Assembly (NCBI GenBank): GCA_010093705.1
Contig: MU006089.1
Coordinates: 2,901,561-2,965,560 of the forward strand
DNA from: Patellaria atrata CBS 101060
Taxonomy: Eukaryota
Direction of reading: 5' to 3'
DNA length: 64,000 nucleotides
Below are positions 50,273-62,978 of the stretch, one piece after another (the stretch's first letter is position 1; every line of letters begins with the position of its first letter). The translations under genes were made by a program, and so were the position numbers. The notes under the pieces were generated by a model. That model was given only the letters and a program-made list of their open reading frames with translations, did no database searches and was not told the DNA's origin.

Positions 50273-52262
50273 TCGCACTTTACTGAATTTGTTCGGTGAG
50301 GCATTTCTCGTCTGTGTATAATATTGTACCGATTCAATAGTCGGGATCGAACCGTTTTAACTGTCCACCGTGACGGGTGTTCGGTATAACATGCTGCCAG
50401 TAGAACTTAGGCCTGAAAGACTGGGTTCTAAGTCAATACTGCGAGCGGAAAATGGGTCGAGCCATTTCAACACTTTTTTATATACTCAGAGATAAATAGA
50501 GAAAGGAGAGGTCTAGATGAAGTAAGAGGAGGGAGAGCTTTTACCGAGGCGTTATAAGATAAAAATGAAAACGGAACGCAGACGCCGGTTCCGGAATGTT
50601 GATGAAAGACTATCTTTCTAGCACCATATCTAAGGACTTTCGAAACGTCCTCTTGCTAGACTGGAGGGAAACTTTATGATATCCATTATTAACCTAGCAC
50701 ACAAGAGGTAGTTATTAAAAAAAAAAAAATCCTTGACGAGATAAGAGAGATTTGATATTAGAAAACATGGTAGTTCGAACTACCTCCTACAGAGAGTCAG
50801 ACGGAGAATCGATCTCAGCCATAGACAGGAGGAAGATGCGAAACAGCAAAATTTAGAATTTTCCGAATATAGCAGTGCTAAATACACATCATAACCATTA
50901 TTGGGAGTATTTCAATGATGAAACGGTTCTTTTTAAAAGAAAAATAAAAAACAAAATAAAATTCAATACGCGAAGGCTGCTAGATTATAGTATTACTCCT
51001 AGTACTAATTGAAATGTATTGTGTTCATACAAATGGTCATATCTTTTACGTTACTCAAAATCCCTCACGTTTACTGGGAGTACGGGGTTATAAATGAAGC
51101 AACCCTTTAAAAATGGAAGAAAGTCGTTTTAGGCAGCTCATATGCATAGGGAAGATAAGTCGGTATCTTACTCTGCACAATATGCCTATTATTCAGGACA
51201 CAAAGTAAGGTGATCAAGAGCATTTTTGACATTGTTGTAGATGCTTTCTTAATGGAGTTTACGGAGGAGTTTTGAAGAGGAAAAGATGATGTCGCGATTG
51301 AAAGACACCAAGTCGGACCCAAATCGGTTCTGTGAAGATACCGAAGTACCGTATTCTTCGTCAGACGGATGCATGCTGTCATCATTGGCATTATTCTATC
51401 AAAGAGTTGAGGGAATGTAAGTGTCTCAGTCGGAGCAGGATGGTGAGGCAGGGAAAAAGATGCAAATTGAAGGATTGAATGAGGTGCTGGATGCTGACGA
51501 ATTTCTCCCGGCTGCTGATCCGTAAATTCCCTATCAGACAAGATGGGTGAGCCGCCTGCGTCCTTCCGCTTCGGCCCGCGAACTGCATCGTACTTACCTC
51601 AAGTAACCTTACTCATTCAGGGAGGAGCTTTGTTGTACGCATACAACAGCGTGCTTGAATTGCGACACCTTAGGGAAGGTCGTGATACACTGAATATGAG
51701 TTGTACAGTTGTACGAGTTAATCTGGGGAGATGGGAACAAGCAACCCTCCAGAGCTTGTATTCAAGGCTTATCAGTCATGTCAAGATCAACGTCGGTCTC
51801 ACTGGAGAAGCGGTGAAGGAGATGAGAATATGAGTTTATTGTTGCCAGTATGTGGCGTCTCAGATATAGTGAGAATACAAAATGGTGGAATAGAACCGAA
51901 AAGAGGTGTCCCGTTAAGGTACGATTTTGAGTCGTCAGTTGATTCCTCTATCCATAACGCCGAATCCCATACAAGGAAGGTAATATTCCGTGATTCATTT
52001 ACTCTCGGGAGCGCCCGCAAGGGCACTCGACCGATCGAGTTTAACAAACGCCAAAAATAAATTCAATACTAGCCCGTCGTACAATGTGGTAAAATGCCCC
52101 ACTTCCGGTTTTGGGGGTCACGCCATGACGTGCATTTCGGCCTCATGTCGAGAAAGTTTGTCGTTTAGAAAACCGATGGGTATCCTGGTACTGAAGGAGT
52201 GTTGATGAAAAAGACAATGAAGACAAACATAGAATTCTGATGTGTCCAGATAGCAAGATCTT

Positions 52263-52838
52263 TTACTTCATGGAAAAGATGTTGCGGCTGAAACGTTTGC
52301 TCTTCTTCCATCCTTTGGAGAAGACACCAGGCTTTTCGGGAGATGGTGTACGGTTGAAGCGTCCACCACCAGTAGAATTCGATTCGGTTGGGCTGGGTGG
52401 TTCTTCATCCTCTTCAGCCGTGGCAACCTTAGTATCGGTTGATAGTACCCGCTCCGGCATACAGCTAAGGTAAGTATCTAGCCTGGTGTTCATGGATCGA
52501 TTCTTCTCGCCCGTAATCATGGTAATGCTTGAGCCGCTGTCGGACCTTGCGATACTTCCTCTACGACTGTCTCGTCTGGCAGTCATGAGAGAAATGGATG
52601 GTGATCGGGACAATCCACCCACGCTCGGTCTGCGTTCATTACCAACAAGGCGGTACTCATTGTCCGATAGGTTGTAGCCAGAGCAGAAAGGACAGAAATC
52701 GCATTTGATTTCCCATCCTTCGAGGCCTAACTTGGTAGGACAATTGGACAAGTTCGTCGAAGGGGAACATGGGCGTAATAAATGATACCAGCGATGGCCG
52801 CATGGCATAGTAGAAGCGTTTAATTCGGCGACACACAT
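52263..52838 (-). CDS. Hypothetical protein with Cys/His-rich N-terminus
   Basis: 191-aa ORF; MC..CGHRW..C..C..CDFCPFC followed by a Ser/Arg-rich tail. Confidence 0.75.
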   Translation of the reverse strand: MCVAELNASTMPCGHRWYHLLRPCSPSTNLSNCPTKLGLEGWEIKCDFCPFCSGYNLSDNEYRLVGNERRPSVGGLSRSPSISLMTARRDSRRGSIARSDSGSSITMITGEKNRSMNTRLDTYLSCMPERVLSTDTKVATAEEDEEPPSPTESNSTGGGRFNRTPSPEKPGVFSKGWKKSKRFSRNIFSMK

Positions 52839-55800
52839 AATGAATCAAGTGTTGGATAGTTGGGTATCAGGTGTCCTTGAGTGCGGGTTTGATGGATATC
52901 AGAAGTTGAGGTGGGTAGATGATGGAAATTATAGATCCGATATTGGCCCCCAGAAAGTTCGATATAATACGAGGGTTCTTGTACAATGTTGAGGTTGAAG
53001 TAATTTTTAGATTGGAGACAGAGTGACAAACGCGTACACACGTTAGAGTGTAACGAGAAGGGGGTGAAGAGGTTTAACAAGAGGGCAGTGGATGAATATA
53101 AAGATTTCCTAGCGGCGAGCACGGCTTGACACTTAGCAAGAAATGCACGTGCGTGTTTGAACGGGTATTTTCTTTCGTTTTGGTATGGGAGTCGATGGGC
53201 GTTGATGAGTTACGGGGGCGGTAGGACAAAGGTTCCGAGACAAGACTAGATAATTATTACAGCTGCTGTTCTCACGGACGAGAAACAGACAACACAGTAA
53301 ATGTTATTGCATGAGGGATGTATTGTCAGTAGGTGGTGAGTAATCCGAGTATAGGGGGTCCGGATGGAAATGATAGTTGTAGAAGGCGCACATGTGGAGA
53401 AAGGAAGGAACGGGATGACGACGGGGGGTATGGCAGTGATTTATTTCTTCTCAGTTTTCCCGTTACATTTCTCAAAACAGACGGCTTACGGGTACGGATG
53501 TTGGTCCCTTCTTGGATGATGCTGGGCTTTACGGGGCACTCGGGGCTATTTGCAAAGATGAGCGAAGGTTGAAAAGCTTCCCTTCCTCTGAACTTCTTGG
53601 TCTCAGTTCCCAGTTCAACCATTGACAAAAAGGGTGAAGGCGTTACTTGGCGTTACCAGCACCATGGGATACCTGTCGTTAAGGATACAAGTACAGGGGA
53701 TTACTCCAGGCATTTTACTTGTAGCAGGGCGAGAACATTACCTAACTATTTTTACCATACAGAGGTTAAGAAAATTCACACATTATGACTACCTTAGCGC
53801 CTCTGCGCCTGTACTGCTACCCATGTGAGTTGGATGCTGAGCTGTACTTGGTTCCTTTGTAGCAGCTATAAAGCATACGTATCACAAATCTCTATAATCG
53901 AAGGATTAAAACTATTCGTGGCTGAGAAATAAATTCAGGTCGCCATAAGGATCATACGGATAGCACCTGTACAATACAGAGTATGCACGGCATGGCAACA
54001 CAACTCGAAATTCCTGCATAATTCCCCGTCAAGCCCCCTTCTCAAGATAACTGTCGTCCTATAATCGTCGTTGAAATATACAACATGGACCATCATCGAT
54101 AACTCACCACTCTCACTTCTCCTCACCGCATCCTGTCCGATGGCCAATGCGCTTATCTACTTCGATCAGTTCCAAGGAATGATAAACGCAGTCATGTACG
54201 TATCCGTAGGGCATAGGCGTTTAGGCCTTTCGGGGCATCTAGTACCTACTGTGGAAAAGCGACGTTTCAACTTTCAATCAACTCTTCAGCTATGTATACC
54301 TTTCCCCGATGGCTACGATGCCCTTGCCGATCGGTTATGCTTTTCACTCTTCACCTTGTCGGTGGTGCTGTGATCTAGTCAATTTATCAACCGTATTGCA
54401 ACCACGAGGGGCCAGTTTTCGTATAGCATGGAGCTGTGCGAAATAATCCTACTTTTTCAGTTCGCAAAGCATTTCATGTATCGTCTTCTCAGGCACGCTG
54501 GTAAGCTTTTCGGACATCTTGTCACATACCGGCTACGGATACCAAAACGTCAATAACTGCTCTTTGTCATTCCAGTAGAATGTCATCAGCGATCTTGATC
54601 CTTGTCAATATAAGTCTTGGCATAAATTCTTCCCCTCCTTACTTTCGAGCACCGTGGCATTTCAACCGTAGGCTCAACGCAACCAGAATGAGCCACAAAC
54701 TCATGGCAAAAGTCCTTTTGTAACCCCTTGAACGCGAAATGGATGGAAAAGAAAAGTCGACCGTTTTGATGCCCAATATTGCTTCTCCTTTCCATCTCGA
54801 TCATTCTTCTCAATAAGACCCGCTTTAAGTCTTGGAGGTGAGACATGGCGGTCGACGTAGATCTGCACACTACCCGCCGCACAGGATGTTGACCCAACAG
54901 TGCCAACACGTTTTCCTCCCATCTCCATGGTCCAAGGGGTCTCTTTTCTTTTATCTCGCGTGTCTATAATCTGTACAATTACTTTTATATTAACTTTTCC
55001 TTATTTTCCTGGTACAACACATTCCAGGAACCTCAGGGTATTCCACCGATATCTAGCCCTCAGTTCTCCCTTTTCATCTACTTCCCATTGCATATCGCCA
55101 TCCTTTTGACTCGTCTCTACATTCTTTTCTGAATTTCCTACCCGACCCAATAACATATGCCGACAGAAAGATGGCAATAATACAGGCATTGTTTGCACAG
55201 CCCCGCCGCCACCCGGCTTTACCTACGCATTCGCCAAGTGAATCCAAGGTCTTGGAGGAGGAATCGACCTCTTGCACTCCGCTCCGAAACACCAAGACGC
55301 TTGTTCCCAACTTTCCCCTCACTCTCCCAAACTTTGGGAGGGAGTTCTTCAAGGCCAAGGCGGATTAAGAGGCACTACGAGACTTGGATGCTTGATCTTT
55401 GGGAATGGTACCCCGTTATCTACCGATAATACTTTACAATACAGGTAGTCCTTCCCGCGGAAGCATTGCGTTCAGCAGATCTTTCTTTAAACATGCGGAC
55501 CTTCTCCTTATCAATCTAGCTAACTTTACTAACTCAGTTTTGTACTTCTCTTTTCTCAAGTAGCTGCTTTTACTACTGTACGTACCTCTAGTGCGCTGAA
55601 TTTTGAAGTATCCTGTTCAATCAGACACGACAGGAACGAAAGAATATCAGGATACATATTTCAGACAGGGAACCGACATGGCCGACAGTCTGAACCCGGA
55701 AATGCACCATGAAGGACTCCCGACTTTTTCCGATATTCAGTTCTTTTCTAACTCTCACATTTTCGTTTGTGTAAGGAACTTCTTAGATCGCATAGACATA

Positions 55801-56659
55801 TGGTCTGATATCAATATCTAGATATGTCTAGCGATTGCGCTCCCCATATTTTCCATTAATGACTTTTTACCGTATCGTATAGTGCAATATGCCTCTACGT
55901 TATCCATAGATATTTCTCGTTCTAGATTTGATGCAGAGCGAACTGGAAGGCATAAGCACTTAGACCCTGTAATTCAAATACATAACTGAACGTTATTCCA
56001 TTAATAAGAACCTAAGAAATGTCAATGTTACACAAAACACGGCTCTTGCAACCACATTATGTGCTCTTGCGGCGCTTCCCTATATTTCGCTGTCAACACA
56101 TTCGTTTTCAAAGCAAAATTTCTTGCTACCCTTAGCACATTCAAGGGCTTGGGGTCACCGGCAGTTCATCTGACATTGATAGTATCTCATAATATGTACT
56201 ACAGTTGGGCCTGAAGTCAATACTGAATTTATCCACTGCAACACCTTACGGAAATGCATGTTAATTAGCATCACAAGATTCTTGAAGCCATACCTGGATT
56301 GGAATTAGTCCGCGTACTGGTCAACATTGTCCGCGGCTCCTACCTATGGTTTGGATCAGCTCTCACCAAAGTTGAACTGTTGGACGCATTGTTATGGGAG
56401 GTGCTGTACGTCTTGTAAATCGTCAACGATAACAATGGGGTTCAACAAGCTGTTGTTAAACAATGCCATTATTACGGGCAAGTACGGTTCTTTGTTTCAA
56501 CTTGACTCTTAAAGAGTGCATTCACAACATCTTCAGACCAGTCAGCAGCAATCCTTACACGCGGTTGAAAAGTAAACAATTACTATCAACTATTACCTAA
56601 AGATCGCTAACCGCAACACGTCTAGCAAATCATCGCTGTTTCTAGGAAATATTCTGAGA

Positions 56660-57940
56660 ATGTTTCCTCGACGCACTGAAAAGACCTTGCGAGCTAGTCT
56701 TGAGCCAAGGTCTCAGTCTTTACCCTGGACTCTCGCTCGGGTCAGGAAGATGCAGTATGTCAATAGGGGGGCTGAGATGCAGGTAAGCGACCTTCTCCAA
56801 CATATAGCCACTGCAATCGATCCGCATGCTCATCTACCGCATCAAGCTCAAAATGGCCAAGATGACGCTGAGGAAAGCAACATTCTTCCCAGGCCAGAAC
56901 TCAAGATCGCATATGCAAATGTCATGAGGGAACTTAGCATCATGTCCATCACCTTTCCCTCCGCATATGGCCTCCCTCCTAAACCTCCACATATCGAGAT
57001 CTTCGAAGGTCTCGAAACGGTTGTTAGCACTGACGAAACCCTAGAATCCATGCACGACGGATGGACACATGAGCGTTACGATCAATACCCGATCGGACTA
57101 CCTCCCTCCCCGCCCAAATTCGATGCTCAACTACCAACGATCGACGAGGACAGGGACAAGAAACCGGAAATGTCATTCTGCCGCATCTGTGGCTACAACT
57201 TCGCCATCTGTCCACACGAGGACGATGACATCGAGGTGGAGATCTCCCAAGGTCTCCCCGCCTTGCTCCGTGGACCCGCATGTGACCCGTACGGAGACAA
57301 GTGTAGGTGCAACGTGGACGAGGTTGCCAGTATCGATCTTGAGCTCGTAGATGCGCGGTTGGAGACTAGTTTCATAAGCGGGACTAGCGAGGATGGTGGG
57401 GATTCGGATGGTACGCCTGCATGGGTGTTGGGTGAGTCTTCTTATCCTGGTATCATTGAGGATCGTGGAACTCGGGGTATTGAGTTAGGGGTTATACCCG
57501 AGTGGATGGTGAGCGAGACTCCTTATTCTTATATCACCGGGGACGACGGGCCTAGTGGTTCATATTCCGATGATGCACCTGAGTGGATGTTGTCCGAGAC
57601 TCCCTATTCTTATATCACCGGGAACGACGGAACCAACGGCGTTGATCTACTCACTACTCCCGAGATGTTGAGTATCACCGCGCATGACGGAGCCAGCGAT
57701 GTCGATTCTTCGTTGACCGCGTCTCCTTCTAGTACCGTCGAGGATGACGAAGCCAGTGACGATTCGCTTGCTATGTACAAGTGGAGCACCGCCGAGACCG
57801 ACCCTTCTAGTGCGGAGCAGTGTGAGCCATGTGAGATATGCGGGCATAGTTGCTGGTGTAGCATGTACCCCGGTGTTGCGGATGATGATGTCCGCTATAA
57901 CGATCTTGATAAGTACTATAATATGGCGATTGTGGATTAA
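56660..57940 (+). CDS. Acidic hypothetical protein with 27-aa internal repeats and CxxC clusters
   Basis: 426-aa ORF; PEWMxSETPYSYITGxDG repeats; CRICGYNFAIC and CEPCEICGHSCWC. Confidence 0.6.
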   Translation: MFPRRTEKTLRASLEPRSQSLPWTLARVRKMQYVNRGAEMQVSDLLQHIATAIDPHAHLPHQAQNGQDDAEESNILPRPELKIAYANVMRELSIMSITFPSAYGLPPKPPHIEIFEGLETVVSTDETLESMHDGWTHERYDQYPIGLPPSPPKFDAQLPTIDEDRDKKPEMSFCRICGYNFAICPHEDDDIEVEISQGLPALLRGPACDPYGDKCRCNVDEVASIDLELVDARLETSFISGTSEDGGDSDGTPAWVLGESSYPGIIEDRGTRGIELGVIPEWMVSETPYSYITGDDGPSGSYSDDAPEWMLSETPYSYITGNDGTNGVDLLTTPEMLSITAHDGASDVDSSLTASPSSTVEDDEASDDSLAMYKWSTAETDPSSAEQCEPCEICGHSCWCSMYPGVADDDVRYNDLDKYYNMAIVD

Positions 57941-59147
57941 ATATCGAGGTAGGTTGGTATTGCTTTGTTGTCTCAATTTATTTTGATTATCGGATCTTTT
58001 GTTGTGTAAGATTTATAGATGTTTTTGCTTCAGTTTGATAGATATTTTTTCTATAGAGAAAATTGCTGCTACCTTGTTGTTTCAAAAACGTGTTGTGCTG
58101 TGATACGGGTAAATAATTATGTTCTTTTTTTTTTTTTTTTTAATAACTATGGTGACTTTTCTCATTCATAATTCCTGTTATAGTATCCGTTTTCTTCCAA
58201 TACTTATTTTTTAGGTTTAGACGATCATCTACCCACCTCTTAACAACCCCCAAAGACCACCACCTACACCTCAGAAATATCGTCCAATCCATCCTCATCC
58301 ACTTCATCATCATACCAATACACAATACAAAGTCTTACAGACCCCACCCTATCAGCCCCCAGCCCCCAGTGAAACCAAGCCTCCGTATCACGAACAGTTC
58401 TTCATACATCCCGTCACTCAAACTTCCACACGCTCCACAGCCTCCGCAGATATTGCGCGTGACGTCCTAAGGTACGGTTCAACATGTACCCGGTGCGGCA
58501 CATTTAACAGCATCCTATTTACGTACCGCACCGCGCACAGGAGTCGTTGTTGTGGTAAGGTGTACAGTACGGTACGAGGTTGGGCTGGGGGGACTGTGGT
58601 GGACTGGGGCTGTACGACGGTGGTGGGATGCTGTCGGACTCGGATGGAAAATGTGTTCGAAGTAGGGAGGGAGTGGTTGTACCCGGGGGGAGAGATTTGT
58701 TTATTAAACTGTCTTATTTTTAGACATCCTTAAGTAGTCATACGCGCAAAAAAGTAAGCACGCTCGCCCTCTGTTCTTAGGCACCAGACGAGTAACCCCT
58801 TATCCGTCCTCTCCTCCCTTCTTTGTAAAGTTTGAATCTATATTGATAGCGATATTGAGGGCTAAGCCTGGAGTATACATGGGAAATTGTATCGGGTTTG
58901 TGGTGTAGATTGCTCCGCTACTGGAATTGGAGATTTTGTGTGTGTAATTTAGCGTGCGTGGGAGTGCGCTGGTAGTTGAGGAGCCGGGGGAGGGGGCTGT
59001 GTGGAGTATGGTGTTGTCGTAGATGAGACAATTGAGGAGTGGGATACAGGAAGCAACCGAAAGCAGACGAGTGATTCTAATATTTGGTCTTGAGAGCGTA
59101 GGGTAGTATACGACACAGACAACACATCTGACATATCTGCAAGGCCC

Positions 59148-61403
59148 TTAAGAATCTTCCTCCATAGGTTCACCATCGATATCCTCCTCAGGCATCGGTT
59201 CACCATCAATATCCTCATCAAGCATAGGAACACCATTAACATCCTCATCCTCGACCATCGGCACCCCATTCCCACTCTCCCGTCCAGGTCCCTCACCGCC
59301 CCCCTCAACACCCTCATTACCACTCGCAGCAGCAATCCTCATCTTAAGCGCCTCCCTCGCCTTCCTCTTCTCCCCCTCCACCCGTTCCCTCTCCCTCTCC
59401 GCCCGTTCCACAACCTCCCTCTCCCTCCCTGTGAGCGGCGGATTCAAAAACCCCTCCTCAAACTCCCTCATCGTGGTATGCGGAAACACACTCCAGCCCT
59501 CCCACGTCCTAAAAACCTCCTTGACGCACCTCTTCCACTTCTCCGCCCTGAGTCTACCCCACCCCCTCTCGCGCTCCAACCGGCCCAGTTTGGCGAACGT
59601 GCCGCGTGTCCGCAGCGCGGATTCGAAGAGCTGGCGGTACCGCCACGCGAGGCGCACGCCCGACGTCGCACACGAGGAGAGGATGTCGGAGATGACGTAG
59701 AGGCCGATGAGGCGGGGGGAGGAGTCGTCTTCGAGTTCCGGCTGCTGCTGCTGCGGGCCTTTGGCGGCGTCGCTGTCGGAGGCGTCTTTGGACTCGGCCT
59801 TAGCGATGGATTGATTGAAGGGCTTCTCGACGTTGCTGACGATGATATTGACGACCTCTTCCCCGCCGGCTGCGTGCTTGATTGCGAAGGCCATGATGGC
59901 TGCGATGTCTCGTCGGCGGAGTTTCCCCGTTGTGGGGGGGAGACGTCGGAGGAGGAAGGTTAGTTCGGCCCTGTAGAGCGGATTGAGGTAGTTCACTTCC
60001 GTTTCTTCTAGGCCGCCTTCGCGGCGTGGGAGGCGGCCGGATTCGTTGTCTGAGTCTTCGGACTCGGACTCGAAGCCGGAGTCTGAGACGAATTCGTTGA
60101 TGGCTGTGGTGAATTCGAAGGGGAGTTCCTTTTCAGGGGGTTGCCAGGGGGCGCTGTCGTGGAAGATGGATTTGGGGGTGTCTCTGTCGTTGGAATTTCC
60201 TTTGTTGAGGGTGGAGCCAGATGCTATTGAGTGTAATCGTGAGCGGTAATACCGCCCTTCTGGACTTCTGGCGTCAAAGAGGAAAGCCCATTTTTCCGAC
60301 TTGCGTACTTCGGGACGGCTCATCAGTAGGGATTCAAACTCTGCACCGGCTGATAAGACGTTTTCGATCGTTTTATGGATCAGCCTCAACTGCTCGATCT
60401 TGAGAGGTTGCGTGACATGTACGACTTGTTGTTGGCTTTGACCGCGACCGTAGCCAACAGAAGGACCGTATGTTGGTGGAGGGGCATAGCCTCCGCGGGT
60501 GGGTGGTGGAGCGCGATTTAGAGAATGTCCTGGACCTGATGGTGGTGCGGTTTTCGCCCCGAATGGAAGCGATCCGATCACCGTCCCTAAGCCAGTGGAA
60601 GAACTAGACATGGAGTTTAATGTGGCTGAGGAAAGATGTCGGGACAAGGAAAGGTAGTATCCATCCCCCAGATATCTCTTTTGCAACGCAGCTACTGTAG
60701 TATCGATCTCACTTGCAGGTGTCTCCCTCGCAAGAGTCACTATAGCGGAAAGTGACCTACGGTCTGTAGATGGGCCTGTAGGAGGCATTGTGCGCACGGA
60801 GTCTATCTTGAGGGAGGAAGGAATGAGAGCTTTAATGGAAGCAACGGAGTATCCTGGGGGTAATTGTGTGAGAAGCATAGTTGGTTTCGGAGCAGCCTTT
60901 TCCACGGCCTTCTCTTCTGGTTCCTCTTCATCATCAGAGACAGCAAATGCAGCAGCGGCACTTAGTGGTCCTTTGCTTGAATTGCTAAACTTCAAAACGC
61001 CCTTCTCTCGATCTCTATCACTCTCCCGTGATCCGCCATCATATCCTCTCTTTTTGGGTAAAATTGGCGCTGGACCCAAACTACCAGGTCCGCTGAGCCT
61101 TGTAGTAGATGCACTGAAGTGTCTTGCTGGACCTCCACCAAACCCTCCTCTTGTTGGACCCGGTGGTGCACCACGACCGAACCCACCGCGCGAGCTTAGG
61201 GAGAGGGGGAAATCGTCGTCTTCATCGTCGTCAACTCCAAACGCTTTCTCGAAGTCCTGAAGCGCAGCAGCATTCTCAGCTTCTTCGCGCTGTTTTTTAG
61301 CCTCGGCCTCTGCTTTCTGCCGCTCGAACAGAGACTTTTTAGCGGGCGCTTTGAGCTTGACAGATATATCTGGGAACTCTTTGATTTTCTTCGAATCACC
61401 CAT
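59148..61403 (-). CDS. U2 snRNP-associated SURP-motif protein (SR140/U2SURP-like)
   Basis: KKSLFERQKAEAEAK; RRM-like segment; SURP LIHKTIE..FESLLMSRP..WAFLFD..YYR; CID-like IMAFAIKHA and LIGLYVISDILS; WGRLRAEKWKR. Confidence 0.85.
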   Translation of the reverse strand: MGDSKKIKEFPDISVKLKAPAKKSLFERQKAEAEAKKQREEAENAAALQDFEKAFGVDDDEDDDFPLSLSSRGGFGRGAPPGPTRGGFGGGPARHFSASTTRLSGPGSLGPAPILPKKRGYDGGSRESDRDREKGVLKFSNSSKGPLSAAAAFAVSDDEEEPEEKAVEKAAPKPTMLLTQLPPGYSVASIKALIPSSLKIDSVRTMPPTGPSTDRRSLSAIVTLARETPASEIDTTVAALQKRYLGDGYYLSLSRHLSSATLNSMSSSSTGLGTVIGSLPFGAKTAPPSGPGHSLNRAPPPTRGGYAPPPTYGPSVGYGRGQSQQQVVHVTQPLKIEQLRLIHKTIENVLSAGAEFESLLMSRPEVRKSEKWAFLFDARSPEGRYYRSRLHSIASGSTLNKGNSNDRDTPKSIFHDSAPWQPPEKELPFEFTTAINEFVSDSGFESESEDSDNESGRLPRREGGLEETEVNYLNPLYRAELTFLLRRLPPTTGKLRRRDIAAIMAFAIKHAAGGEEVVNIIVSNVEKPFNQSIAKAESKDASDSDAAKGPQQQQPELEDDSSPRLIGLYVISDILSSCATSGVRLAWRYRQLFESALRTRGTFAKLGRLERERGWGRLRAEKWKRCVKEVFRTWEGWSVFPHTTMREFEEGFLNPPLTGREREVVERAERERERVEGEKRKAREALKMRIAAASGNEGVEGGGEGPGRESGNGVPMVEDEDVNGVPMLDEDIDGEPMPEEDIDGEPMEEDS

Positions 61404-61683
61404 TGTAGTTGAATCGCCGGTGAAGGTTGCGCACCTTCTACCGAAGAGGTAATTGATAGGAGAACGCGCGAGTTGGTCTGTAGCGATGAGATGGGAGTAT
61501 CACTGTCTAGATCAAGTTAATGTAGAAAAGCGAAAGTGTTAAAGTGGTTGTCTCGGGCTCACAGGACCACGCGTCAGAGCTTCGCGGTCACGGGCGTGAA
61601 CCATGAAAGAGCTCCCCGCGTTGCGGGACGAACTGCGTCTCAACTAATTGCAAGTCTCCATCATTATATTTTTCTTTTAGAAA

Positions 61684-62861
61684 ATGTCCAAGGCAACAGA
61701 ATTACAAGCTCTCTTACGGTTTCTCTCGCAAGATGCTAAGATACCTTTGGCAACTGCTATAGGGAAAGTAAAGGAGCTACAAAATGCAGGACTAGCAACG
61801 TACGTTACCCCTTCTCATCTGGTATATTTTATACTTACATATATAGACTTGAGAATATCTCGAAGTCGGACCAAAAGACTATACAGAACATCTTCCCCGA
61901 TGATAAAGCCTCAAAACAAGTCTTGAACGCTGCAAAGCGAATATCGAAGAAACGAGCTGCAGGTGATTCAGGACCGGCTTCACCTGTCAAGAAGCAGAAG
62001 AGATCTATTTATGAAGAACCACCGACTCCTGCTCAGATTGAGCAATCTCTTGTTTTACCTGACGCTATCAAAGATGAGGGACAGATATTATCTATTATCA
62101 TTTTTACAAATAGAGCTCCCCTTGTTTTAGCTTTCGCAGTCACGTTGCTTAAATATACGATGCCTGAACAACCAATCTCAAGTAGACTCAGTTTAGCACA
62201 GGCAGTAGTCAGTATCAACAGCCGGAGTAAAGCTGTAAGTTTAGGTCTCGAAGCGGGTAAGAGTGCGGAAGAGGAAGGTTGGGGAGAAGGTCAACCTACT
62301 GTTAAAGTCATGGGTCGTGAAATCAAGACGATGAAGCGGTGGGGCTACGAATGGAAAACAAAAGACTCAAAAGAAGAAACAAAGTCATTAGATGCGTCTG
62401 AAGATTCCAGTCAAGCTGAGACGCTCAAAGATGATAATAACGCACCATCACTCTGGGGGATCGATCTCGACGCTTTAAAGAAAACTAATAGTAATGGAGG
62501 AACCGCTGCTCAATCAAAGGCTTCAAACTCTCTGCCTATCTATACCCCTCAATCCGCTAGAGCATACCTCCTTAGATCGTTCGACTCTTCAGCAGGTCTG
62601 TCATCAAACGACTACAGCCCAAAGAAAAAACCATCGAATGCGACTATCGCTGAGAGGAAGGAGCGTAACTTAGCCTTACTCCTTGGTGCTCTTGAACTCC
62701 TGTTTGAATCCTGGGCTCCCCATATCGATAAAACGCAGTTAGACAGCCGCACCTGGTCCTGGTACGTTCGCGTACGTCCTGAGGTTGAGAGCGGTGTTGC
62801 TGGTTGGGGTGGTAAAGGAGACGTTAAATTGGTGGATATTCTAGCTTTACGGCGAACCTAA
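61684..62861 (+). CDS. Conserved fungal hypothetical protein, 2 exons
   Basis: MSKATELQALLRFLSQDAKIPL; intron 61800-61846 splices in frame to ORF 61923-62861; TNRAPLVLAFA; AQAVVSINSRSKA; WYVRVRPEVESGVAGWGGKG. Confidence 0.85.
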
Positions 62862-62978
62862 AGTACTTCCATCACCGGTGATCATTTTACACTTTAGGGT
62901 GTAAAATAATAGAGTCCCTTCTTCAGGACATTACTGGAAAAGACCATCTATGCCGCCAATATCTCTTGCCCGCAGCGT

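Noticed and set aside
58350..58615. Possible inverted repeat (cagcccccag versus ctggggggactg)
   Set aside because: Complementarity is short and low-complexity.
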